From the NCBI GenBank assembly GCA_025786725.1, contig JAHLTZ010000027.1, positions 310,001 through 374,000 of the forward strand: a DNA stretch of 64,000 bases. The letters run 5' to 3'. Under the pieces are notes generated by a model that was not told the origin of the DNA, did not search any database, and worked only from the letters and a program-made list of their open reading frames with translations. How positions within the stretch are numbered: position 1 is the stretch's first letter; every line of letters starts with the position of its first letter. The position numbers and the translations under genes are program-made. This DNA is from Syncephalis fuscata S228. Lineage: Eukaryota; Fungi; Zoopagomycota. Positions 53,361-64,000 of this stretch are shown here, in pieces.

Positions 53361-55216
53361 ATGCTTTCTTCGGTCACAGTCTCGGCCATCTGGATGGCCG
53401 TCTTGGCCAGTCTTGTTCAGACTACTTTTGCGCAGAATGGCGAAGTCCCTATTGGTGGCTCACGTATTTATAATCCACCATCGGATGGTATGCGCGTTTA
53501 CAAGCTTCGCCAATGGACGCAACAGCCACAGGACAAGCCGTGGTGTGTTACTGGCAAGCAGGTGATTAATATTGGCGAGGCCCAAAGAAATCTACAGGAG
53601 GAAGAGTGTACACTTACCGCCGATCGTCAGCTCATCAACCAATGGGAAGTTGTTCCGGGCTCTTTGGCATACATGCTTCGCTTCAGCGACTCTGGATTGT
53701 GTATGACCGTTGAGGATGGCCAATATGGCATGCGTGTCCGACGCGATGCCGAGAGTGCCAAACATTTTGTTGATGCATCACTATTCAATGCTCCGCTTGT
53801 TCATCTTGGAAAAGTTCCTACTCATGCTGACATAAAACGCCGTGCTATTTTAAGCCCAGTCTTTGAAGCTATTGGTGTCAAAGGTGGCAAATCTGTTGCC
53901 AAGCCAAACGAGACCGACCATATGACTCCATTGACACCGGATGCACCAAAACCAGTTGTCCCGGTTGCCGATCCAAGCAAAAATGCAAATCCAGATGGTT
54001 CCGCCATCGACATGAGCAAAAAACGAACTCCAGTTATCTTGTCACAGTGCGTCGGTAACGATAACCAAATTTTCAAGGCTAGAATTGTTACGCGTCCCAA
54101 CGCTCGCAATAATTATTATCAGCTTATGTCATACAAATACAAGACTTGTTTGGCCAGTGAGCGCAAGAACTTGGCAGATATAGCTATTGTTCCATGTACC
54201 GATAATGACGAATCGCAACTTTGGTTGTTTGAAGATATTGTACAAACGATTGCTGATGCTGGTGGCAAAACACCATCATTCAATATGCCGACACGCTTCA
54301 AATTAAAAATATCCAATCGCGTCTTGGCCTGACCCGCGACACAGGTGTATCCGACCTGACCTTTGACGAAAAGCAAGCTGTCAATCGCGTCTTGCCTGGA
54401 TCGTTGGAAGTTTTTGATATGACTTTCGAACTTGCCCGATATGTAAACACCTATGCACGCAACATTCTTCAATATCAACAGTCGGGCACTGTAGTTGTAT
54501 CAAAATTGGTTGCAATCTTTCTTAATCCTGAACAGCGCCCACAAGCCTGGGAGAAGCTCTGGGAACTTGGTAAGATGTTCATTGGCTTTATCCCACTTCC
54601 AGGACCTTTCAACATCATCAAGTCCGTTGGTGTCAAGTTGACCGATATGATTTTAGGCCAGCTTGCTCAGCATCAAAAGGACAAGCCAGCTACTCCACAA
54701 GATTTGATCCAATGGGACGTCTATGCTTTAAAACAAGCCGAGTACACTGTAGATGCTCTTCTTAACGCTTTCACCGAAGTCTTCCGTCAATCATCCATTA
54801 ATGATCTACGCACTTTATTGCAAGAATTCAAAGCAAACAAGTATCATATCGCAGCCGATAAATTCTACCACGAGTACCAGGTCCGATTCTCGCAGAAACT
54901 ACTCACTGCCAGAGCCGGCGACTTCTGGACCTCTGTCTGTGTTAGCCGTGGCAATGATATGCCTTGCAATGGTCGCTGGTCAGGCAAAAACTACCGTATG
55001 GGCGATCGCACATACGAGAACTTCTATTCCACCAACATCAACAAGGACGGCATCAGCTATCTCGAGTCGATTGGTGAGAAAGACAACTTCTACAAGGCTA
55101 ACAACGGCTGGAACCTAGACCGCTACTATTACACTTGCCCTGGCAATAATGGTGGCGTATGCGTTGCACGAATGGTACTTCGTCAAAACAAATCCAGCTT
55201 TGATGTTATTGCTTAA
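53361..55216 (+). CDS. Secreted ricin-B-lectin plus helical-domain protein, paralog B (one homopolymer frameshift at about 54270)
   Basis: Colinear with paralog A (RIYNPP, KLRQWTQ, NYYQ.MSY.YK.C.ASERK, DNDESQLWL, GTV.VSKLV, WD.YAL.QA, NGW.LDR..TCP). Adding one A in ggcaaaacacc joins the two ORFs. Confidence 0.8.
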
Positions 55217-57304
55217 GCTGACCAACCAACCAACAATACACACAACAATAAACAAGTGTCATTAACTATTTATCTCATGCATACTAAATACAAAAATAAT
55301 TTGTCAATCTATTTATTCAACTTTTCAATCTACGCTACCATGATCTTATATCATTGCAATTGATTTTAATTGCGGTAAAAATAATAAACATGATAGTAAT
55401 CACTGTACACACATATGCATCAGTACTTTAATTGTGCCAATATAACACCTTCAGTATAATAAAACAATACACGAATAATACTAAGTTGTAGTATATGTAA
55501 CTAAGTAACGTAAATGAGCGAAATAATTCGAGATCTATAACAAGTTGCAGCTAAAAATAAACAAATAGCTTTTATACCTATATGTGGCCAGTAGGCAATA
55601 TAATGATTTACAATATAATAAATAGGTAATAGGAAGAATATGTATAGCAAAGTTGAATTTACAACGTATATGGCTCAATGAGTCGAAATGAGTTGAGATT
55701 TGTACTTGGAATAGGTAGCAGCAAGCAGACAATAGTTCTGAATACAGTGTGTGGTATACGATAAGATGGTATACAAAATAAACACAGTCACACACAATGC
55801 TTTTTTTACTTTTTTCTTTGCTAGAATGTGCCATTTATTCCCCCCTCTCTCACCTTGCACTCAGAGACATACCTTTGGCACACGCAGATAAATAAATTGA
55901 TAATAATAATAGTAGTAATAATATCGGCCAGCTTTTTCAATAGCTAGTGATAGCACCAATCGTTAGTTGTCAATTCGATTTTGCTCGATTGTTTCCCGTT
56001 GTGTACTCCAAATGCCTATGAACTTTAGGATGGTCAATCACTAGTTAAGTAGGCCAGCGCGCTCTACCGCACTATGAGAAAACACCGTCTTGGTTCAATA
56101 CCTATTCTAAGCCAGCAATAGTGGCCTGTTCGCAAATGATTACTCAGGCATTTGATTGTAGTCTGCGCGGGTGATCAATACACATACTACAGCAGCCGTT
56201 TTGGCTGTTGCGTGTGCGTGTATTGATTGTTAACGCATCCAGACCATGATGAAACTTGTCTGCTACCTTTAAACGACACTTTAATGATGCGAGCATCCTT
56301 TTTGCTTCTGATCAACCGTTGTACAGTTTAAACGCTATTATTTGGGTACTTTTGTTTGTGTCACGTTTATATATATATTGAAAGTAGCACGTATAAATTA
56401 TTAAGTAAATCGAAAAATGATAACGTAGTATTTAAACTGGGATTTTGAATTTCTACGCACTTTAGGCTGAATATGCAGCGCTATTATAGTCCAAAGCATA
56501 CAACACGTTTATTGATTGCCTATAGCAACATACAAAACACTACCTTTTCTTTCAGCTACAGCACAAAATAACTACGTAAATAATCTGACTAGTTTTGTTT
56601 AATAAATGTATAACAAGCAAATAATATATAATTTGGTGCCACTTTTCTCGCCTTACTAACTGTGCAAAAATAATATTAATATTTGCTTAATCAGCTGTAA
56701 AAGTATTTACACAAATAGTTTATTTAGACGTAAACACACACACACTTTATTCGTTATTTATTTTCTATCTGTTTAATAAATGAAAGCAATAGTTTCAATT
56801 ACTACCAAGTGTACAGTCAATTTTATTGCAATTGATAAGCATAATATGTAGCACGTATATATTATCATGTCGTAAATACTATAATGATCACTAATACAGC
56901 TATCCAACATCTCAGTGTATTAAAGTAACTATTTGTTAATATTAATGCAAGTTTATAAATCTGGTGTGTTTACATCCGTTATTTAAATCAAATAGTCTGC
57001 CAGTATGTATCAAGTTGCTATACATTAGAATGTGCCATCAATAGCTGGCCCCTTGTCGCAGCCCCCTTAAACAAACCGACGTACTAAGCATGGTTAATAG
57101 ACAAGCATTATATTATCTACATGATCTCCTTTTACACGACACGCTATAGCAACCTATAACAAACACACATTGAAATAATTCACATTCATTCTAAAATTCT
57201 GTTGTCATGATACATGTTGGTCTTATACAATTGTCAATTCAATTCAGTAAATAGTTAATGATATAATATTTACTCTACTACATTTTATAACTAATTACAT
57301 CACA

Positions 57305-59521
57305 ATGTCGGCTTTCAATTCTAAAAGCCAGGAGATTGAACAGTCCATTCACAGCTTATTGCCAGAGAAACCGCAAGAACAAGATGCTTTCGCCGACCAG
57401 ATTAATGATGATGACGACGATGAAAACTCGCCGTTTGAGATTGTTCGCGCAACAGTGAGCAACAAGGATGATCCGACCATGCCTACAATGACATTTCGAT
57501 TTTGGATACTTGGGCTGTTTTTTACTGTTGTTCTTTCATTCATTAATCAGTTTTTTTGGTTTCGCGAGACGCCGTTAGTTGTTGGTATTCTTGTGGTTCA
57601 GCTACTGTCATATCCACTTGGTAAGGTAATGGCACATTTCCTGCCTTCAAAATACATTCATATTGGCCGATTAAGATTTTCAATGAATCCTGGGCCTTTT
57701 AACATCAAGGAACACGTACTTATCACTGCCTGTGCCAATGCCTCGGCCGGCACGGCATATGCAATTGATATTGTCACGATTAAACGCATATTTTACAAAC
57801 AAGATCTGGGATTTTTACAATCCTTTGTGCTTGTAGTTACCACACAGTGTCTTGGCTACGGTCTAGCTGGCGTTTGTCGCCGATTTCTAGTTAGACCGGC
57901 TGCTATGATTTGGCCAGCAAATTTGGTAAACATTGCTCTTTTTCGTACATTGCACGAAGAGACTAGTATTACACGTAATGGCGAAACATCAACACACGGA
58001 CCAACACGGATTCGCTTTTTTACAATAGCGGCAACGTGCAGCTTTGTCTACTACTTTCTTCCGGGTTTCTTGGCCCCATTTCTTACTACCGTTTCATTAA
58101 TGTGCTACATTTTTCCCAATAACAAATTACTAAGTCAAGTCGGCTCTGGTTCCCGAGGACTTGGCTTTTTGGCTTTTACTCTTGACTGGAATACAGTCGT
58201 GTCGTTTTTGCTTTCTCCACTAATCACGCCTTTCTGGGCCGAATGCAACATTATAATTGGCTTCTGTCTTATCACTTGGTGTCTAATTCCAGCAGGCTTT
58301 TTCTCGGATATTTGGGATGCCAAAACATTTCCCATTATTTCCAGTAAATTGTTTACAAGTAATGGAAGCCGCTATGATACGCTATCATTGCTCAACAAAG
58401 ACCTATCGCTTAATGAAGAAAGATACCAAGCCTACGGGCCCCCGCATCTTTCCTTTTTCTTTGCTATTACCTACGGCGTTGGATTTGCCACTTTAGCTTC
58501 AGTGATCATGCACACAGTACTTTATCATGGCCGTGATATTGTCAATAGATTGCGCGAGTCACGTATGGCCAATGACGACATTCATGCAAAGTTAATGGAT
58601 CGCTATCCTGAAGTGCCAGATGTTTGGTACATTGGCATTTTTGTACTGAATCTTATTTTGGCCATCGTTGCCTGTGAGCTTTTTGGATTGGATTTGCCAT
58701 GGTGGGGCCTATTAATGGCAGTGCTTATGTCTGCCCTGTTTATACTACCCATTGGCATTATTACAGCAATCGCCAACCAAACTCCTGGACTGAATATTAT
58801 CACCGAATTTGTCATTGGATTTATATTACCGGGCAAACCGATAGCCAATGTTACATTTAAAACGTATGGCTATATATCAATGGCGCAAGGAATAATGCTA
58901 CTTAGTGACTTAAAGCTGGGACATTATATGAAAATTCCTCCACGTCACATGCTTATTGCACAGACTGTGGGCACTATTGTGGCCGGCCTAATCAATCTTG
59001 CTACTGCCTATCTTATGTTTGATCTTATGCCAAATATTTGCCAGGAAACTGAAAAGGTCTGGACATGTTCCAATGCCAATGTCTTTTTCTCTGCGTCAGT
59101 AATTTGGGGCGTGATTGGGCCTAACAGAATGTTTGGTTCTGAGGGACACTATTCTGCGCTACTATGGTGGTTTCTTATTGGTTTGTTGCTACCAGTTCCA
59201 TTCTGGCTACTATCTCGTCGTTTTCCAAATACCTGGCTTCAATACGTACATACGCCGGTAATACTGGGTGCCACAGCCATCATGCCGCCAGCACAGCCTG
59301 TTATGTATCCAACCTGGTTTCTTATTGGATTTATATTCCAGTTTGTTATATATCGCTACCAGCATCAATGGTGGAGTAAATATAACTATGTCTTGTCTGC
59401 TGCACTGGATTCAGGCGTGGCAATTGCAGGCATTATTATATTCTTTGCTTTCCAGTATCACTCCGTTGAACTGGAATGGTGGGGCACAAAGCAAGATTGT
59501 TATAATTTTAAAGTACTTTAA
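57305..59521 (+). CDS. OPT-family oligopeptide/glutathione transporter
   Basis: SPFEIVRATVSNKDDP, NPGPFNIKEH, DLKLGHYMKIPPR, YNYVLSAALD; intronless. Confidence 0.95.
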   Translation: MSAFNSKSQEIEQSIHSLLPEKPQEQDAFADQINDDDDDENSPFEIVRATVSNKDDPTMPTMTFRFWILGLFFTVVLSFINQFFWFRETPLVVGILVVQLLSYPLGKVMAHFLPSKYIHIGRLRFSMNPGPFNIKEHVLITACANASAGTAYAIDIVTIKRIFYKQDLGFLQSFVLVVTTQCLGYGLAGVCRRFLVRPAAMIWPANLVNIALFRTLHEETSITRNGETSTHGPTRIRFFTIAATCSFVYYFLPGFLAPFLTTVSLMCYIFPNNKLLSQVGSGSRGLGFLAFTLDWNTVVSFLLSPLITPFWAECNIIIGFCLITWCLIPAGFFSDIWDAKTFPIISSKLFTSNGSRYDTLSLLNKDLSLNEERYQAYGPPHLSFFFAITYGVGFATLASVIMHTVLYHGRDIVNRLRESRMANDDIHAKLMDRYPEVPDVWYIGIFVLNLILAIVACELFGLDLPWWGLLMAVLMSALFILPIGIITAIANQTPGLNIITEFVIGFILPGKPIANVTFKTYGYISMAQGIMLLSDLKLGHYMKIPPRHMLIAQTVGTIVAGLINLATAYLMFDLMPNICQETEKVWTCSNANVFFSASVIWGVIGPNRMFGSEGHYSALLWWFLIGLLLPVPFWLLSRRFPNTWLQYVHTPVILGATAIMPPAQPVMYPTWFLIGFIFQFVIYRYQHQWWSKYNYVLSAALDSGVAIAGIIIFFAFQYHSVELEWWGTKQDCYNFKVL

Positions 59522-60309
59522 CGATCACCTTGACTGCATTTTCTTTATTGTTTTAATAAAGTTGAGAAATACAAAGTAGTTGTAATTAAACACTTTGTAT
59601 TCGCAAAAAGCTTTAAAATACAAATATTACACCAAATAGCAATTATCAATAAGTTATTTATTGCTATCTTGAGTGCCAGAAAGTAATAACTTTTAAAATA
59701 ATTATAATGTAATGATATGTAGAAACTATATTCAAATGTTTACTAGTATACCAATAATTATACGATGTAATAACAAATTATTTGTGTATTAATTAATGCA
59801 AAAACAAAAATGATAAAAAGAGGAATAAAACACAAGATTGAATTATAACATGCTAACTAATGTTAATTACTTTCATGCTATTCATTCTAAAGATATTTTC
59901 TTTAATCATCAGTCATTTTGTTTTATTCTTTATTTATCCTCCTCCTTTCATAGCAATTTTGTTTGCCTAGTGTTTTATTAGCAAGAACACATACACATAT
60001 GCTAGTCCATTCAATACATAAATTGTCAATTACTCAAGCTGAATATTACTACAATAATCAACAACTCTTTTTAGCCCAATGCAAACAAACAATTAATTAT
60101 AGTGCTGATTATTACATGTTAAATCTATTTAGTTATTAAGTGTTTGTTTTTGTTATATTTTCTTAAAGCTTTAATAATGTATTTTTATTTTATGTAAATG
60201 AATAAATAGAAATGTGTGTATAGTTTAGTCTACGGATGGCAACAAATAGCTTTTTGTGCACATATTATGTTGCTTATTAATATAACGTAATGATAGATAA
60301 GCAGGCTGT

Positions 60310-62595
60310 TTATTGAGTTGTCATACCCATAATAATTAGAATTCCTATTATCGTTCCTGTTTCAAGTGCCGCTGATAATACATAGTTGTAACGACTCCAC
60401 CAGACGTGTCGGTACCTGTATATTATATATTGAAATACGAATGCTGCTATAATCCAGCTATTGTACATGGCCGGCCGTGCCGGTGGCATCATTGCAGTAG
60501 CTGATAAAATAATTGGCGTGTGTACATAATTCCACCAGCTACGCGGGAACCTTCGAGCCAGTAGCCAAAAAGGTAGCGGCATCAATGCACCTATAAGAAA
60601 TGCCCATAACAACGTTGCATATCCGTTGTCGGGTGTTTCAAACAGTCGCTTTGGTCCTATTACGCCCCAAATGACCGAGGCTGCATAGAATACCCGTGGA
60701 CTTTCGCACGTCCATCCGACCATTTCTTTGCTGCATAGACTTGGATATACGTGAAACATCATAAACATTGTGGCCAAATTGATCGTTCCGGCCAGTAGCG
60801 TGCCAATTACTTGCGCCAAAAACAAATGACGTGGTGGGATTTTCATATAATGTCCTAGCTTCAAATCGGATAGAAATGATATTCCCTGATTCATACTAAT
60901 GTAGCCATACGTTTTAAACGTCATATTGGCCACTGGATTACCTGGAATGATGTAGCCAATGATTAGCTCTGTTAGTATATTTAGTCCGGGTGTTTGGTTG
61001 GCTACTGCTGTCATGATACCAACTGGTACAATAAAGAGTGCTGAAAGGCCCACTGCTAATATAACGCCCCACCACGGTAGTCCCAGCTGATATGCTTGGC
61101 AAATATAGATCGCCACGCCTCCGTTGATCAGCAGAACGGCAATGTACCACCAACTGGGTACCTCTTTATATTGCTTCATTAGGCGTGCGTGTACATCTTC
61201 GTGGCCGGCCCGTGCATCTTTTAAACGAGCCAATATTTCCCGGCCATGATAGAGCACCGTGTGTACTACAACGGACGATAGGGCAGCAAATCCGGCTCCA
61301 TATGTTAATGTGAAAAAGTAGGAAAAATGAGCATTGCCTCGAGCTGCATACTTGTCCAAATCTAGTGTCATTGTTTTTGGATTAAGTACTGCTGCTATAT
61401 CGTATTCGTTGCCGGCATGATCGAGTACATCGGCACTAACAATTGGAAAGCGTTGTATATCCCACACATTGGTGTAATAGGCTGCAGGTAAAATGATCCA
61501 ACAGATAACAACAAATCCCACGAATAAATTACAACTGGCCCAGAATGGCGTTACAAGTGGTGATCCCAAATAAGCAACAATATTATTCCAATCAAGGGAG
61601 AATGACAACACGCCTAATCCTGTTGTACCTGAGCCAATCTGATTCATTACTTGACTTTTTGGTGCTATTAAAGAAAGTATTGATATACTGCTTAGAATAG
61701 GAAAAAAATAGCCTGGAAGAAAATAGTATAATGCGCCAATAACAGTGGCAATAAGAAAAAAGCGCATACGGCTATTAAGTTTCCATCGGTTAACCTGTTG
61801 CTCTTGCGAACTACTATTATTGTTATTGTTGCTAGTATAATCTGTAATAGATGTGCCTGACAGTTCGGTCATTTGGCGTTCACGTTCAATATCTTCATCT
61901 TCGTGCAATGCCCGTAACACGGCAACTGATACTAGATTGGCCGGCCATATCATTGCAGCAGGCCGAATTAAAAACCGATGGCATACACCCGCTAGACCAT
62001 AACCAATACATTGAGTACTTAATATCAGTAGCAGTCCGGCAACAAACGGCAATGGCTGGTTATAAAATACGCGCCGTACAACTACAATGTCCACAGCATA
62101 CGCCACAAAAGACGCCGAGTTGGTACATGCTGCAATAAGCGTGTGTTCTTTAATGTTGAACGGTCCGGGATTTAATTGTAAACAGCAAAATCCTAAATTG
62201 ATTTTGGCATCTGGCAAACGAGCCAGCAATCTGCCAAGTGGAAATGACACAAGCTGCACTACAATTGGTGATATAAATATAACATTATCACGAAAAGCCA
62301 CGATTTGATTGATAAAAGCAAGTGTACACGTAAAGAATAGACTAATGGCCCAGAAACGAAATGTAAGCGTTGGTAGTGTTGGATCATCTTTGTTGCTAAC
62401 GGTAGCCCGTACAATTTCAAATGGCGAGTCTTCTTCATCTAATACAGCCATGGATTCAAGCGTATCGTCATGATAGGCGGCATCTGCATAATGATAAAGA
62501 TGTTCGTCTATGTCATCATTATTGCGGTTGGATGCACCGGCAGATGTTGCGTACAAGCTCGATTCACGGCTAGTTTGCCGCCGCTTGAACAGCAT
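60310..62595 (-). CDS. OPT-family oligopeptide transporter, paralog
   Basis: Same OPT motifs. Likely start MLFKRR at 62595; the C-terminus may extend to about 60226 through a frameshift. Confidence 0.93.
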   Translation of the reverse strand: MLFKRRQTSRESSLYATSAGASNRNNDDIDEHLYHYADAAYHDDTLESMAVLDEEDSPFEIVRATVSNKDDPTLPTLTFRFWAISLFFTCTLAFINQIVAFRDNVIFISPIVVQLVSFPLGRLLARLPDAKINLGFCCLQLNPGPFNIKEHTLIAACTNSASFVAYAVDIVVVRRVFYNQPLPFVAGLLLILSTQCIGYGLAGVCHRFLIRPAAMIWPANLVSVAVLRALHEDEDIERERQMTELSGTSITDYTSNNNNNSSSQEQQVNRWKLNSRMRFFLIATVIGALYYFLPGYFFPILSSISILSLIAPKSQVMNQIGSGTTGLGVLSFSLDWNNIVAYLGSPLVTPFWASCNLFVGFVVICWIILPAAYYTNVWDIQRFPIVSADVLDHAGNEYDIAAVLNPKTMTLDLDKYAARGNAHFSYFFTLTYGAGFAALSSVVVHTVLYHGREILARLKDARAGHEDVHARLMKQYKEVPSWWYIAVLLINGGVAIYICQAYQLGLPWWGVILAVGLSALFIVPVGIMTAVANQTPGLNILTELIIGYIIPGNPVANMTFKTYGYISMNQGISFLSDLKLGHYMKIPPRHLFLAQVIGTLLAGTINLATMFMMFHVYPSLCSKEMVGWTCESPRVFYAASVIWGVIGPKRLFETPDNGYATLLWAFLIGALMPLPFWLLARRFPRSWWNYVHTPIILSATAMMPPARPAMYNSWIIAAFVFQYIIYRYRHVWWSRYNYVLSAALETGTIIGILIIMGMTTQ

Positions 62596-64000
62596 GCCGA
62601 TAAACGGCCGAAATGATTTAAACAGCGTTGAGGTAGAAATGGTAGAAAACACGTACAATTAAACTCTTATTGCTATTACTGCTGTACGGTGTTGTTGCTA
62701 ATAGTTGTTGTTGTGAATAAACAAATAATTAGCTAAATATAACATTATTGATTATCCGATAAACTCCATTTGTAATATAGTGATTGACAAGTGTAAATGG
62801 CTAATTTACGTATTTACAAATGCAATAATATAATAATATAAACAATAGTAAACACAGCACTAATATAAGCCCAACAAAGACATTGGCCGTTTGTATTAAC
62901 AGATCACATGTACCACCACCGCTTAGAAAGTAATGCTTACCTTAGACAGGACGATAGATATGGTAGATTATTATGCAATGATTTAAAGTAATTATACTTT
63001 AGACATACAAAACAACAATTGGCGGTTAGAGTTAGTCGTTCTATTTGTCCTCCTGTTGCAGATTTGTACAGCTGCGTATGCACCTACGTGTAAATACTTT
63101 TGGCAACGCAATGGCTTTACACTGTTGCGGAGATAGTTGACAATTGTAATGTCAGAATTAACGGCCACTAAAAGAGAAAAGTGCCAAAAATGCAAGAATA
63201 GAAGAATAGCACGAAATATTAATAGAAATGTCACTTAAAAGTCATTAAAGTGGCCGTCCATTAATGCAAGAAGTCTGCAAGCTGTAAATGATAAAAGGAA
63301 AAGAAGATGGAAAATAATAATCTAATTGAATTGTGCCACCAGCACATTATAGAACATCTATACACACCCACACCAAACACCCACACGTAATTTCCATGGC
63401 TGTCAAGGCCATTAACTATTGATTACTGACGCAGCCTTGCACTCAAAGTGATACACGGGAGATTGTGTGTGTATGTGAGGCAGCGAACGAAAAGAGGGGA
63501 ACAAGTTATGTAGAGATGAAAAAGGCAGCACGCGTACGACCATGTTAGAATTACTCTAAGGCATCAAATGGATATGACTGTGAGTTTCATGTTCGATATT
63601 TCCTTCTCGTCAGCTGAACGTGATCGCTCGACCGATTAAGCTATAGTTGGCCTAGTAGATAATGCGTCGCAGCCTCGACCATAAACGATTAATGGCAATA
63701 AGGCTATGTTGCTGTTGCTGCCATTGTTGCTGTTGAGATATTTACGCATCAAATGGCCAATCTTGACAAAGATGCAATGTCCTATCATATGTGCTACCGT
63801 GGATTGGCTTTAAAGATTAGTACTTGGTTTGTTGTATAGAACTGCCTATTAGCATAATTAGATACATTCTAAGAATAGCAGTACCATACTAATGCCCATC
63901 TCTCCGTCTCCCCTTTTCTCTATCTATATAGTAATAGTAGTTTATGACTGCTTCTTCCGTGCATTGTAGCAGTGGACAGTTTTCATAAATGTACTGCGTG

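Noticed and set aside
1-64000. tRNA/rRNA genes
   Set aside because: No cloverleaf or rRNA-like conserved sequence was recognised by eye; tRNAscan-SE/Infernal would be needed to exclude them.

Overview
Eukaryotic, intron-containing fungal DNA with short GT-AG introns, AT-rich intergenic DNA and microsatellites. An early-diverging, Zoopagomycota-like fungus is my inference and is not proven. The left part carries housekeeping and accessory genes: a YRB30-type Ran-binding gene with an inverted partial duplicate, a CAP protein, an ankyrin protein, a DUF202 protein, SPT8, an amino-acid permease, a secreted 2H-phosphoesterase, cullin-1 and a PH-domain protein. The key region is about 37.2-55.2 kb. 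It holds a four-gene lipid-modification cluster in two divergent pairs: DUF1365 with a CFA-synthase-like methyltransferase, and a COG2907-type FAD oxidoreductase with a second CFA/CNMT-family methyltransferase. This gene content matches the bacterial furan-fatty-acid pathway (UfaO/UfaM/UfaD/FufM). Interleaved with it are two intronless paralogous secreted ricin-B-lectin proteins, each with a dibasic-site insertion inside the trefoil and a toxin-like helical C-terminus, plus a degraded Mutator-like transposase. Two convergent OPT transporters close the window. Many genes show 1-bp frameshifts, several in homopolymers, so assembly error is likely and pseudogene calls are tentative. All family calls come from recognising motifs by eye; no searches were run.
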